This document shows positions 1 through 10,015 of a stretch of 64,000 nt of DNA, piece by piece. The stretch lies in the NCBI GenBank assembly GCA_021300395.1, contig JAJTEO010000002.1, positions 6,768 to 70,767 on the forward strand. Reading direction: 5' to 3'. Made by a program: the position numbers and the translations under genes. Every line of letters starts with the position of its first letter. The stretch's first letter is position 1. The notes beneath the pieces were generated by a model. That model made no database searches. It saw only the letters and a program-made list of their open reading frames with translations, and had not been told where the DNA came from. This DNA comes from Fluviicola sp. Its GTDB lineage: Bacteria; Bacteroidota; Bacteroidia; Flavobacteriales_D; Crocinitomicaceae.

Positions 1-1
1 A

Positions 2-376
2 GAAAAGTTTACAAATCAAACTGAGGCATTAATTATTAGAACATTGCCAAATGATTCTGAAAAACAACATCGAAATTATTCAGAAACAAATCCTCCATAT
101 ATATCCATAAAGTGTATACAATTAATGAATGATTTGGGAGTGAAACATTTATTAATTGACTTGCCTTCAGTTGACCGAGAATCTGATGGTGGAAAATTAG
201 TATTTCATCATGCTTTTTGGCAAGTACCAGAAAATCCTCAATTCGATAAAACGATTACAGAATTTGTTTATGTTAAAAATGAAATTGAAGATGGAAGTTA
301 TATCTTAAATCTACAGACGGCTCCATTTGAAAATGATGCGACACCAAGTAGACCCGTTGTATACAAAATACATTAA
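2..376 (+). CDS. cyclase family protein (kynurenine/aryl-formamidase-like), C-terminal part; 5' end outside window
   Basis: Frame is open from nt 2, with no stop before the listed TTG at 44. LLIDLPSVDRE..HH and DATPSRPV motifs are typical of the putative cyclase family. Confidence 0.55.
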   Translation, partial: EKFTNQTEALIIRTLPNDSEKQHRNYSETNPPYISIKCIQLMNDLGVKHLLIDLPSVDRESDGGKLVFHHAFWQVPENPQFDKTITEFVYVKNEIEDGSYILNLQTAPFENDATPSRPVVYKIH

Positions 377-378
377 AA

Positions 379-413
379 CAGAAAAGGTTAACCGTAATGG
401 TTAACCTTTTCTG
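379..413 (+). terminator. stem-loop terminator after the cyclase-like gene
   Basis: Perfect 15-bp inverted repeat CAGAAAAGGTTAACC/GGTTAACCTTTTCTG with a 5-nt loop, 3 nt after the stop. Confidence 0.6.
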
Positions 414-809
414 CAATTAGTAGTAGTTGTATGTATCTTGAAGAAATTTCTTTCTTTAATTCGTTTTAAAAAACAGGTTACATCTTCCATTTTCTGTAAA
501 CTTAATTACTACCGTGAATTTTTTAAAAGAGGAAAATTAGAACTGTTAAACTCTATAATCAAACTAGAAAATGAAAACCGCCTCTCCAAGCAGTGCTCCT
601 CTTTTATCAAAATGTCAAAGTGAAACTGAAAGATAATAACCTGTGTTTTTCTCCTTATTTCTAAAACAAATATAGGAACTTCATTTTAACCAAATGAAGA
701 GAATGAAGATTTCGGGATATTCATCTTTCAAAACTAAGTTTTGAGTTAATTTTAATATTTCTGAATGAATATTTTTAACATTTTGTTGAATAAAATAACG
801 TTCAAAAAG

Positions 810-837
810 AAAAGCTACCCGGTATTGAGTAGCTTTT
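810..837. terminator. hairpin downstream of the LytTR regulator gene
   Basis: AAAAGCTAC/GTAGCTTTT 9-bp stem flanked by A-run and T-run, about 20 nt beyond the minus-strand stop at 860. Confidence 0.5.
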
Positions 838-859
838 CAAAATTTAATAGAATCTGATT

Positions 860-1606
860 TTACAACAAATTATCTAATATTTTAAAGAATAAATCTCTTT
901 TTGCAGGTGATAATGGAACTTCAGAACCATCTTTCATAACTACAGAACCACCATTCCCTTTGTCATATCGTGCAACGAAATCTAAATTAATTAAATGAGA
1001 TTGCTGTACACGTAAAAAATTATGAGCAGATAATAATGTTTCATAATCTTTCAACGTTTTAGATACCAAAATTTTCTTTCCTTCTGTTAAATAGAAAGAA
1101 GTATAATTTCTATCAGCTTCACAACGAATAATATGGTCTAATTCAACGATATGAACGCTTTCTTGTGTTTTTAAAACCAATCTACGTTTTTGATTTGGTT
1201 GAATGTTTAATTGCAATGCATCGAATTGACTTTCTTCTTTCTTCGTTCCTAATGTTTCCATTGCGTGAACTACAGCAGCTTTCAATTCTTCAGGATCAAC
1301 TGGTTTTAAAATATAATCCAATGCACTAAATTTTATTGCTTTGATTGCAAATTCTTCGTGTGCAGTAACAAAAATAACTTCGAAATTTTTATTTGGAATT
1401 GCTTTTAATAAATCAAATCCCGTTCCATCTGGCATTTTAATATCTAAGAAAACAATATCTGGTTTGTGTTCTTCAATCGCTTTGATTCCAGTTTCAACGC
1501 TTTCTCCAGCTGGAATTGCTTCAATGTCTAAACCAAAAGAATTAATCATTTTAGCGATTAAATCTCTTGTCCTGTTTTCATCATCAATTATAATTGCCTT
1601 CTTCAT
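860..1606 (-). CDS. LytTR-family response regulator
   Basis: Receiver domain (IIIDDE..., DIVFLDIKMPDGTG) plus C-terminal LytTR DNA-binding domain. I prefer the ATG at 1606 (MKKAIIIDD), 4 nt after the upstream kinase stop, over the TTG at 1636. Confidence 0.85.
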   Translation of the reverse strand: MKKAIIIDDENRTRDLIAKMINSFGLDIEAIPAGESVETGIKAIEEHKPDIVFLDIKMPDGTGFDLLKAIPNKNFEVIFVTAHEEFAIKAIKFSALDYILKPVDPEELKAAVVHAMETLGTKKEESQFDALQLNIQPNQKRRLVLKTQESVHIVELDHIIRCEADRNYTSFYLTEGKKILVSKTLKDYETLLSAHNFLRVQQSHLINLDFVARYDKGNGGSVVMKDGSEVPLSPAKRDLFFKILDNLL

Positions 1607-1610
1607 TTTT

Positions 1611-3839
1611 CTAGTTTTTGGGAGGGTTTGTGTCAACCTGATAAGGTAACGAAATTAATATTTTTGTTCCAGTTTGCAACTCTTTATTGTAATCATCAAT
1701 AATTAAATACCCGTCTGTTTTGTATTTCATATTTAAATTATTGATTCTTTCTTTTGTAATATTTAAAGCCATACTTGTATGATCTTTACGTTTTTTATTC
1801 TTTTCGGAATTTGATCGACCTATACCATTGTCCATGATTTCAATATGCAACATGTCTTTTTCTCGTTTGAAGATAATTTTAATGAATCCACCTTCAACTG
1901 TATGTAATTGACCATGTTCAATCGCATTTTCAATAAATGGCTGAGTGATCATCGGAGGAATCATCGCGTGATCCAACATCATATTCTCATCCATTTCAAT
2001 ATCAAATTCAAATCGATCTTCAAAACGTAATTTCTGTGTCTCAAGGTATTTTTGAAGAATTTCCATTTCGGTTGTAATCGGAATAAATTCTTTCGGTGAA
2101 TTTTCAAGAATCAAACGAATCAAACGGGAAAAATTAACCAAAAATTTTGTCGAGTTTTTTGTGTCATTATCATAGATATAACTTTGAATCACTGACATCG
2201 CATTAAAAATAAAATGCGGATTCATTTGTGTACGAAGTAAGGTTTGCGACATTTCAGCTTCTTTTTGTTGCTGACGAATTTTGTTTTGATTTTGACGCGA
2301 AATTATGATTACACCCGCCAAAATAATAATGATGATAAAACCAATAATAATATAGGTTTGAAAGCTATTTCTTAATTCTGTATTCTCTAATTTTGTAGAA
2401 GTAATTACACGTTCTTGGCGCTGACGTTCAATAGAATCGGCTTGCATAGAGATTAAACGCTCTCGTTGTTCAGATCGATATAATTCGCTTAACTCGGCAA
2501 TTTTAGTAGAAGCTTGTAATGAAGTATTGCTATCCACAAAATTCAAATATTTAGTTAAATACCAAAGTGATTCTTTTGATTTTCCAACTTTATCATACAC
2601 CTCAGAAATAATTCTATAAGTTGGATAAATCTGACTCTTTGAACCAAATTGTTGACGGATTTCAATTGATCTATTTAAATAATTTAAAGCTATTTGATAT
2701 TTTTTCTTAATCAAGAAAACCCTTCCAACATTATGATAAACACCAGCAATCTTTTCTCTATTTCCTGTTGATTCATAATAAACCAAAGCTTGATTAAAAT
2801 TACTTGCCGCTAAATCATATTGCTTGAAATCAGAATACACCATCCCAAGATTGTCATGTGCTTCTCCTAAACCGTTGTTGTCCTTTAGTTTCGATAATAA
2901 TTCAATTCCTTTTAAATTGACGTCAATAGCTTTGTTGTATAATTTTCGTTCTTTGTAAACCGTTCCTAAGTTAATCAAACCAAGTGCCATTTGACGTTGA
3001 TCATGAATTTGTCTCGAATACTCGTATGATTTTTTAAAGAAAAATTCGGCATCTTTTAAATTAGCGATTGACTTTTGCGACATCCCTAATTCACGAGAAA
3101 TTCGAGCCATTTTAGGTAAATCATAAGCTTCTGTAGCCAATCTATTTGCAATCAAATTTTTTGCAACACTCAATTCAACTTGACCGAAAAAGTCGTAAAT
3201 CTTTGCTTGCGTATTAAAACTTTCAGCAATTACACTTTTATTAGCTGAACGACGAGCATATTGGATTGAATTATCGGTATAATAAAAAGCAGAATCTTTG
3301 TTATTGTTCTGCATGAAATTATAAGCTATTTTAGAATAAACTTCAGAAATATTGGCGTTATTTCTTGACTTTTTAGCAATGTGTAATGCTTCGTTTAGAT
3401 AAATATTTGCCTTTTCAAAACCGAGTGTTTTACTCTGATAAAGTCCTAAATATTTATAAATTTCAAATTTTACTTCTTTAGAAGATAGTTTTTTCAGAAA
3501 TGGCTCAAGCGCTAAAACATCTTTGTAAAAATTTTCTTGATTTCCCTCTATTTCTTCAATTTGAATGGTGAACAACAAAGCTTTGAATCGCTGAAGATTA
3601 TCTAAATTTCTACTTTTTTGAAGTATCACATGAGATATAGAATCAGCTAGGTATATATTGTGATTTTTATAGAATTCACCTAGATTTAAAAGACGCGTAA
3701 ATTTTCGATTTTCATTTTTCTCTCTACTTAAAGCACTTTTTAAACGTATTTCCTCATTCTTTTGCCCAAAAACAAAAGTTGATTGTAGCACAAGAAATGC
3801 CAATATAGTGCAAAAGTGTTTTAAATTTCTAGTTTTCAT
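1611..3839 (-). CDS. TPR-repeat sensor histidine kinase (LytS/His_kinase type)
   Basis: Signal peptide, long TPR-like region, one TM (IIIGFIIIIILAGVIII), coiled coil, then QMNPHFIFNAMSVIQ H-box and HATPase (ENAIEHG, DNGIG). Operon with the LytTR regulator. Confidence 0.85.
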   Translation of the reverse strand: MKTRNLKHFCTILAFLVLQSTFVFGQKNEEIRLKSALSREKNENRKFTRLLNLGEFYKNHNIYLADSISHVILQKSRNLDNLQRFKALLFTIQIEEIEGNQENFYKDVLALEPFLKKLSSKEVKFEIYKYLGLYQSKTLGFEKANIYLNEALHIAKKSRNNANISEVYSKIAYNFMQNNNKDSAFYYTDNSIQYARRSANKSVIAESFNTQAKIYDFFGQVELSVAKNLIANRLATEAYDLPKMARISRELGMSQKSIANLKDAEFFFKKSYEYSRQIHDQRQMALGLINLGTVYKERKLYNKAIDVNLKGIELLSKLKDNNGLGEAHDNLGMVYSDFKQYDLAASNFNQALVYYESTGNREKIAGVYHNVGRVFLIKKKYQIALNYLNRSIEIRQQFGSKSQIYPTYRIISEVYDKVGKSKESLWYLTKYLNFVDSNTSLQASTKIAELSELYRSEQRERLISMQADSIERQRQERVITSTKLENTELRNSFQTYIIIGFIIIIILAGVIIISRQNQNKIRQQQKEAEMSQTLLRTQMNPHFIFNAMSVIQSYIYDNDTKNSTKFLVNFSRLIRLILENSPKEFIPITTEMEILQKYLETQKLRFEDRFEFDIEMDENMMLDHAMIPPMITQPFIENAIEHGQLHTVEGGFIKIIFKREKDMLHIEIMDNGIGRSNSEKNKKRKDHTSMALNITKERINNLNMKYKTDGYLIIDDYNKELQTGTKILISLPYQVDTNPPKN

Positions 3840-4052
3840 TTGTCTGTGTTAAAGATATCATTTTTAAAATATCTACAAACATTTTTTGTTTCAATTTTAA
3901 CTCAAAATGGCAAAAATCAAAAGCCGTTTCTAACCGTTAGAAACACTTAGACCCCTATTATTAGTGAGTTATTTTTAATTTTTGATCCAATAAATCCCTT
4001 TTAGATGCTTCCTTTATTACCTAATTTCCTGAGAAAAATCGAGATTATTCAC

Positions 4053-4060
4053 TAACTTTG
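4053..4060 (+). promoter_or_regulatory. candidate Bacteroidota -7 promoter box (TAACTTTG) for leuS
   Basis: Matches the TAnnTTTG consensus, 26 nt upstream of the leuS ATG. No clear -33 TTTG at canonical spacing. Confidence 0.35.
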
Positions 4061-4085
4061 CACTTTCAAAAAAAATCGTAGAAAC

Positions 4086-6914
4086 ATGGAGTATAATTTT
4101 AGCGAAATCGAACCAAAATGGAGAAAATTCTGGGCTGAAAATAAAACCTTTAAAGCAGATAATTCATCTGAAAAACCAAAGTTTTATGTATTAGATATGT
4201 TCCCTTATCCTTCTGGTGCAGGTTTACATGTTGGTCACCCACTTGGTTACATCGCTTCTGATATTTATTCACGTTTCAAACGTTTACAAGGTTTTAATGT
4301 ATTGCATCCAATGGGTTACGATTCATTTGGTTTACCTGCTGAACAATATGCAATTCAAACAGGACAACATCCTGTAATTACAACAGAGGAAAATATTGCT
4401 CGATATAGAGATCAATTAGACAAAGTTGGTTTCTCGTTCGATTGGGACAGAGAGGTTCGTACTTCATCTCCTGAATATTACAAATGGACACAATGGATTT
4501 TTATTCAATTATTTGATTGTTGGTACAATAACAAAACGAATAAAGCAGAACGAATTTCAGGTTTAGTTGCTGAATTTGAGGCAAATGGAAATGCATCTGT
4601 TCATGCTTGTTCTGATTACAATGGTACTTTTTCTGCTACTGAATGGAATGCTTTCAACGAACAAGAAAAAGAAGCAATTCTTCAAGAGTACCGTCTGGCT
4701 TATTTAGCTGATTCATGGGTAAACTGGTGTCCTGCTTTGGGAACAGTTTTAGCAAATGATGAAATCGTAAATGGTGTTTCTGAACGTGGTGGTCACCCAG
4801 TTGAACAAAAATTAATGCGTCAATGGTCGATGCGTATCAAAGCGTATGCTGAACGTTTAATTCAAGGTTTAGAAAATGTAGAATGGACAGATTCTATTAA
4901 AGATATTCAACGCAACTGGATTGGGAAATCGATTGGGGCGTCTGTAAAATTTGAAGTGTTGGCTTCGACTCCGCTCAGCCAACAATCAACTTCGCTCAGC
5001 CAACATATCGAAGTTTTCACAACTCGTCCTGATACTATTTTTGGGGTTTCATTTATGGTGTTAGCACCGGAACATCCTTTAGTTGAAGAAATTACAACTG
5101 CTGAATACAAAGATGCTGTTGAAAATTATAAAAAAGCGGCTTCTTTAAAAACAGAACGTGATCGTCAGTCAGATGTGAAAAACATTACGGGACAATTCAC
5201 AGGAGCTTATGCTATTCACCCTTTTACAGGAGATAAAGTTCAAATTTGGATTGGAGATTATGTACTGGCTTCTTATGGAACAGGTGCTGTAATGGCTGTT
5301 CCTTGTGGTGATCAACGTGATTGGGATTTCGCAAAGCATTTCAACTTAGAGATTAAAAATATTTTTGCGGATAAAGATATTTCTGAAGCGGCTTATACTG
5401 AGAAAGATGCTGTAATTGCTAATTCAGATTTCTTAAACGGATTAGAAGCAAAAGTTGCCATGCAAAAAGCAATCGAAGCGATTGAAGCAAAAGAAATTGG
5501 TAAAGGAAAAACGAATTACCGTTTACGTGATGCGGTGTTTTCAAGACAACGTTATTGGGGTGAACCTTTCCCAGTTTATTACAAAAATGGATTGCCTGTG
5601 ATGATTGAAACGCAACATTTACCAATCATTCTTCCTGAAGTAGAAAATTATTTGCCAACTGCAGATGGTCAACCACCGTTAGGGAATGCAAAAACATGGG
5701 CTTGGGATACTACTAAAAACGAAGTAGTTTCCAATGAATTGATTAACAATGAAACGATCTTTCCGTTGGAATTAAACACAATGCCAGGATGGGCGGGAAG
5801 TTCTTGGTATTTCTTACGTTACATGGACGCTCAAAACGAAGCAGAGTTTGTAAGTAAAAAACAAGCAGATTACTGGGGACAAGTAGATTTATACATCGGT
5901 GGTTCTGAACACGGAACAGGTCACTTATTGTATTCTCGTTTCTGGACAAAATTCTTATTTGATCAAGGATTTATCAATTTTGATGAACCATTTAAAAAGA
6001 TGATCAACCAAGGAATGATTTTGGGTAGAAGTAGCTTTGTTTACCGAATCAAAGACACAAATAAATTTATTACAAACTCTTTAAAATCGAATTACGAAAC
6101 GATTCCATTACACGTTGATATTTCAATCGTTGATAATGATAAATTAGATATCGAAGCATTTAAAAATTGGCGTTCTGATTATGCAGATGCTGAATTTATT
6201 TGCGAAGAAGATGGGACATACATTTGCGGTCATGAAGTTGAAAAAATGTCGAAATCGAAATTCAACGTTCAAACGCCTGATGAATTAGTAGAAAAATTCG
6301 GAGCAGATACATTGAGAATGTACGAAATGTTCTTAGGTCCATTGGAGCAAAGTAAACCATGGGATACAAAAGGTATCAATGGCGTTCACAACTTCTTACG
6401 TAAGCTTTGTCGTTTGTTTGAAGGAGAATTAACTTCTGGCGAACCGACAAAAGAATCGTTAAAAACATTACACAGAACCATCAAGAAAATTGGGGATGAT
6501 TTAGAGCGTTTTTCATTCAATACAGGAGTTTCTAACTTCATGATTTGTGTGAATGAATTGACGGATCAAAAATGTAATAATAAAGTTATTTTACAAGAAT
6601 TGGTGATTTTACTTTCTTCTTATGCACCACATTTATGTGAAGAATTATGGGTAAAATTAGGAAACGAAGCAGGAACATTGAGTTATGCTAAATTCCCAAC
6701 ATTTGATGAAAGTGTTTTAGTTGAAGCTAATTTCTCTTACCCTGTTTCATTTAATGGTAAAGTACGTTTCAAAGTGGAATTACCTTTAGCAATGACACCT
6801 CAAGAAGTAGAGAAAGAAGTAATGAGCAAAGAAGAAGCGAAAAAATACCTAGAAGGAAAAGATCCTAAAAAAGTGATCGTTGTTCCAGGTAGAATTGTGA
6901 ATGTTGTTTTGTAG
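4086..6914 (+). CDS. leuS: leucine--tRNA ligase
   Basis: 942 aa with class I HIGH (HVGHPLGY) and KMSKS motifs, FTTRPDTIFG editing-domain entry and full-length LeuS architecture. Confidence 0.97.
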   Translation: MEYNFSEIEPKWRKFWAENKTFKADNSSEKPKFYVLDMFPYPSGAGLHVGHPLGYIASDIYSRFKRLQGFNVLHPMGYDSFGLPAEQYAIQTGQHPVITTEENIARYRDQLDKVGFSFDWDREVRTSSPEYYKWTQWIFIQLFDCWYNNKTNKAERISGLVAEFEANGNASVHACSDYNGTFSATEWNAFNEQEKEAILQEYRLAYLADSWVNWCPALGTVLANDEIVNGVSERGGHPVEQKLMRQWSMRIKAYAERLIQGLENVEWTDSIKDIQRNWIGKSIGASVKFEVLASTPLSQQSTSLSQHIEVFTTRPDTIFGVSFMVLAPEHPLVEEITTAEYKDAVENYKKAASLKTERDRQSDVKNITGQFTGAYAIHPFTGDKVQIWIGDYVLASYGTGAVMAVPCGDQRDWDFAKHFNLEIKNIFADKDISEAAYTEKDAVIANSDFLNGLEAKVAMQKAIEAIEAKEIGKGKTNYRLRDAVFSRQRYWGEPFPVYYKNGLPVMIETQHLPIILPEVENYLPTADGQPPLGNAKTWAWDTTKNEVVSNELINNETIFPLELNTMPGWAGSSWYFLRYMDAQNEAEFVSKKQADYWGQVDLYIGGSEHGTGHLLYSRFWTKFLFDQGFINFDEPFKKMINQGMILGRSSFVYRIKDTNKFITNSLKSNYETIPLHVDISIVDNDKLDIEAFKNWRSDYADAEFICEEDGTYICGHEVEKMSKSKFNVQTPDELVEKFGADTLRMYEMFLGPLEQSKPWDTKGINGVHNFLRKLCRLFEGELTSGEPTKESLKTLHRTIKKIGDDLERFSFNTGVSNFMICVNELTDQKCNNKVILQELVILLSSYAPHLCEELWVKLGNEAGTLSYAKFPTFDESVLVEANFSYPVSFNGKVRFKVELPLAMTPQEVEKEVMSKEEAKKYLEGKDPKKVIVVPGRIVNVVL

Positions 6915-6974
6915 GATATAGATTACAGATTGGCAATTTGCAAATTAGCAGATTTAATAATTCTTTAAATACTA

Positions 6975-7010
6975 AAAAAGCGAATCAAAATTAATTGATT
7001 CGCTTTTTTT
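6975..7010. terminator. bidirectional rho-independent terminator (leuS / MORN-repeat gene)
   Basis: AAAAAGCGAATCAA/TTGATTCGCTTTTT stem flanked by A-run and T-run between convergent genes. Confidence 0.75.
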
Positions 7011-7030
7011 ATGATTAATAATTTTATATC

Positions 7031-8725
7031 CTATTTCGGAGAAAAAGTACCGTCTTTCACTTCCATTCCGTTAGCAAATGTTTTTTCAATCGTTACTTTT
7101 CCTTTTTCGTTGTAAACTAAGAATTTTCCGTGTTTTATACCTCCTTTATAATTGATTTCAGAAGTAATTTTTCCTCTTCGATCATATTGTTTCATTGGTC
7201 CGTCTAATTCTCCTTCTTTATAGTTTGTAACGATTGCAGCCATTTTTCCACCAGGATAATATGCAATCCACTCTCCGTCTTTTTTACCGTTTTTGAAATC
7301 TCCTTCTTCTGTTTTTCTAAAATCTTTTGCTGAATAAGATGCTGAATGTCCATCTTTTACGCTTTCTTTAATTTCACGTCCTTTCATGAAACCGTATTTA
7401 ACTTTAGATTTTTCTTTAACTACTTTATAGGTCACTACATCTTTTGGACTTCCATTTTCGAAGTAATCTACCCATTCTCCTGTTTTGAAGTTGTCTTTAT
7501 AAAAACCAGTTAATTTTGGATGACCAGAAGGATAAAATGATTTCCATACACCATTCATTAATCCTTTTTTAAATGAAACTGAATTCTTCAAAACAGCATT
7601 GTCCCAATAATTCAACCATTCTCCTTCTTCTTTTCCATTTACGTAAACTCCATCCATTAATAAGACTTCATTTTCGTACCATGTTCTCCAACGACCGTTT
7701 TTCTCATCGTTTGCAAAATCACCTTCTTTAAATTTCTTTCCGTTTTGATACCAATACGTCCAATGACCTGTTTTTTTATCATCCGTATATTCAGCAGTAT
7801 AAGAAACTTGATTTCCTGTTGGATACCAATATGTCCATTTACCATTTTGTTTATCTTTCAAGAAAGAACCTTGCATATCCAAAGAGCCAGTATTCGTGTA
7901 CCAAGTCCACTCCCCTGTTTTTTGTCCTTCTAAATATTGTCCTTTTACTTGCAGACGTTTCTTGTCATAGAAGTATTGGTAATCACCATCTAATAATCCA
8001 TTTTTGTAATGTGTGATTTTTTCAGTTTCACCTGTATAATAAGAATAGATCCATTCTCCATCCATTTTACCATTTTTGAAACTTCCTGTTAACAGTTTGT
8101 ATCCGTAAATACTGTTTTCTTCAAAAGGACCATCTTTCAAGCCATCTTTATAAGCATAATATTCTTTTAATGTTCCTGTGTTATGATACACAAACATCTC
8201 ACCTGTTCCATTTGTAATCGTTTGTGTGTGAACAGAATCGTCAATCCAAAATGAGCGAACATAGTTTACACTATCTACTTCTTCTTCGTGAGATTTTTCT
8301 TTTCCATCGATGTAATAATATTTCCAAATACCGAATGGTCTATCGTCTTTAAAACTTCCTTCTTTGGCTAATTTTCCATTTTCATTCCATTCACGAGAGA
8401 TACTGTCTTGCTTATCCATTTTGAAATAGCCTTCTTGTTTTGGTTTTCCATTTGGATAATAAACCATCACTTTTCCATTCAATTTTCCTCTGTAATAATT
8501 TCGTTCTTCTTCTATTGAACCAAACTTGTCAAAGTAAATCCATTTTCCGTGATTGTCTTCCGTTTCTCCTAATTGATCAACATAATATGAACCTGTTGAT
8601 TGAATTTTAGTTTTATTAAAATCCCAATATTGTGATACCCTTTTTGAAAGATTTTCTTTTTTAATTTCTTGTGCAAAAAAGAAAGAAGGTAGAAAAATTA
8701 GTAGAAATAAATTGTACTTAAACAT
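7031..8725 (-). CDS. secreted MORN-repeat-variant (YwqK-like repeat) protein
   Basis: Signal peptide plus about 20 iterations of G-x-W-x-Y/W-Y-x-N-G-x-K repeats. Confidence 0.7.
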   Translation of the reverse strand: MFKYNLFLLIFLPSFFFAQEIKKENLSKRVSQYWDFNKTKIQSTGSYYVDQLGETEDNHGKWIYFDKFGSIEEERNYYRGKLNGKVMVYYPNGKPKQEGYFKMDKQDSISREWNENGKLAKEGSFKDDRPFGIWKYYYIDGKEKSHEEEVDSVNYVRSFWIDDSVHTQTITNGTGEMFVYHNTGTLKEYYAYKDGLKDGPFEENSIYGYKLLTGSFKNGKMDGEWIYSYYTGETEKITHYKNGLLDGDYQYFYDKKRLQVKGQYLEGQKTGEWTWYTNTGSLDMQGSFLKDKQNGKWTYWYPTGNQVSYTAEYTDDKKTGHWTYWYQNGKKFKEGDFANDEKNGRWRTWYENEVLLMDGVYVNGKEEGEWLNYWDNAVLKNSVSFKKGLMNGVWKSFYPSGHPKLTGFYKDNFKTGEWVDYFENGSPKDVVTYKVVKEKSKVKYGFMKGREIKESVKDGHSASYSAKDFRKTEEGDFKNGKKDGEWIAYYPGGKMAAIVTNYKEGELDGPMKQYDRRGKITSEINYKGGIKHGKFLVYNEKGKVTIEKTFANGMEVKDGTFSPK

Positions 8726-8764
8726 ATTTAAAAGTTTATTAAATAACTTAAATTTTGAAATTTG

Positions 8765-9385
8765 TTACATCATTTTTAGGATGCCTCTTACGATCAAGAA
8801 AGCTCCAAACCCTAGAAAAATAATTCCTATGAAATGATTTAATGTGTTTAATCTTTTCTCTGTAACCAATGGTCTCAATTTTTTAGCTCCTAAGATTTTC
8901 AAGAAATCAATTGAAAAATATGTAATTAGAATAATTAGAACAAATGGTAATTGTGATTCTTTTCCATGGATAGTTAAAATACTGAACCAATAGAAGATAA
9001 CCATTGGATTAAAGAAGTTTAAAATAAATCCTTTGAAAAATAATTTCCAATAATTTTGTTGAATGACATTTCCATCTTCATCTAAAACCACTTTTTTCTG
9101 TTTTTTAAAGTAGGAGACAATTCCATACGTTAAAAATAAGATTCCAGCAATTAATTTAGCTTTATCATTGTTTTCACCAGCTTCGGTGATTGAGGCAACT
9201 TTCGAAAAGAAAAAATAGACTAAAGCAATGTAAATTAAGTCACTAAGTAAAACTCCGGCGTCAAATGAGATGGCAGAACGAACACCTTTGCGGATACTAG
9301 TTTCTAATAGCACAAAGAAGACTGGACCAATCATTATGCTTAAAACAAGTCCAGTAATAATTCCTTCTATAACAAATTCAATCAA
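8765..9385 (-). CDS. LysE/RhtB-family amino-acid exporter
   Basis: 206 aa, about 6 TM segments, N-terminal GPVFFVLLETSI motif typical of LysE translocators. Confidence 0.7.
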   Translation of the reverse strand: MIEFVIEGIITGLVLSIMIGPVFFVLLETSIRKGVRSAISFDAGVLLSDLIYIALVYFFFSKVASITEAGENNDKAKLIAGILFLTYGIVSYFKKQKKVVLDEDGNVIQQNYWKLFFKGFILNFFNPMVIFYWFSILTIHGKESQLPFVLIILITYFSIDFLKILGAKKLRPLVTEKRLNTLNHFIGIIFLGFGAFLIVRGILKMM

Positions 9386-9519
9386 TTTTTTTCAGATTGC
9401 GTATTCTACAAATATAGCATTTTCCTTTTTTTATGCAATGATTAAAAGCGTTGATCAACGGATTTGCAAAAAAATAACAGGTTATTTGCTGAAATAATTC
9501 ATTTTTAAAGGAAGTTCAT

Positions 9520-9527
9520 TACATTTG
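9520..9527 (+). promoter_or_regulatory. candidate -7 promoter box (TACATTTG)
   Basis: TAnnTTTG match 60 nt upstream of the 9587 ATG, embedded in a TTCATTA..TAATGAA inverted repeat. Confidence 0.3.
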
Positions 9528-9586
9528 CATTAATGAATGGAAAAATGGATTTTGTTACATTCAAAAACTAATTTATTTTAAAAATT

Positions 9587-9946
9587 ATGAAGATTGCAGC
9601 AGCAAATAAAAAATTAGATGAAATCATTGCGAAAGTTTCAAAAGAAGGTGTTTTAGCAAGTGGTTTAATTGAAGATTTGAAAGAATTAAGAGAGTTTGCT
9701 CTAAAAGAACAAGATCCATTAGTGGTTAAAGTATTACGTTTAACTTATGAATTTTTAAGTGAGCGTGAAGCATTTGATGTAAAAGGTCAATTTGAAGAAG
9801 ACGAAGAAGGAAATGAATATCCTTTGGAAATCGAAGATCAAGAAAACTTATTGTATTTGTTAGATCTTTTGAAAAAAGCAGATCACAAAATTAACCGTGA
9901 GGAAATTAAAGATTACAGATCAGCTTTAAAATTAGAGTTGTATTAA
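9587..9946 (+). CDS. small acidic hypothetical protein
   Basis: 119-aa ORF with coding-like composition, followed by a strong terminator. No motif recognised. Confidence 0.55.
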   Translation: MKIAAANKKLDEIIAKVSKEGVLASGLIEDLKELREFALKEQDPLVVKVLRLTYEFLSEREAFDVKGQFEEDEEGNEYPLEIEDQENLLYLLDLLKKADHKINREEIKDYRSALKLELY

Positions 9947-9964
9947 TCAAAATAAGATTGAAAC

Positions 9965-9996
9965 AAAAAGGGGGAAATTTGATTTCCCCCTTTTTT
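9965..9996. terminator. bidirectional rho-independent terminator
   Basis: GGGGGAAAT/ATTTCCCCC perfect 9-bp stem with 3-nt loop, A-run upstream and T6 downstream, between convergent genes. Confidence 0.8.
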
Positions 9997-10015
9997 GTGT
10001 TCGATTGTTTAGAAA

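Noticed and set aside
438-623. 61-aa ORF in the first intergenic region
   Set aside because: It has no RBS or promoter context and no motif, and it lies between two terminator hairpins. It is most likely non-coding. Coding cannot be excluded, but there is nothing to support it.
3926-3946. Hairpin GTTTCTAA-CCG-TTAGAAAC upstream of leuS as a possible T-box or attenuator
   Set aside because: It is a single 8-bp stem without a specifier loop, a T-box sequence or an alternative terminator/antiterminator pairing. That is insufficient for a riboswitch or leader call.
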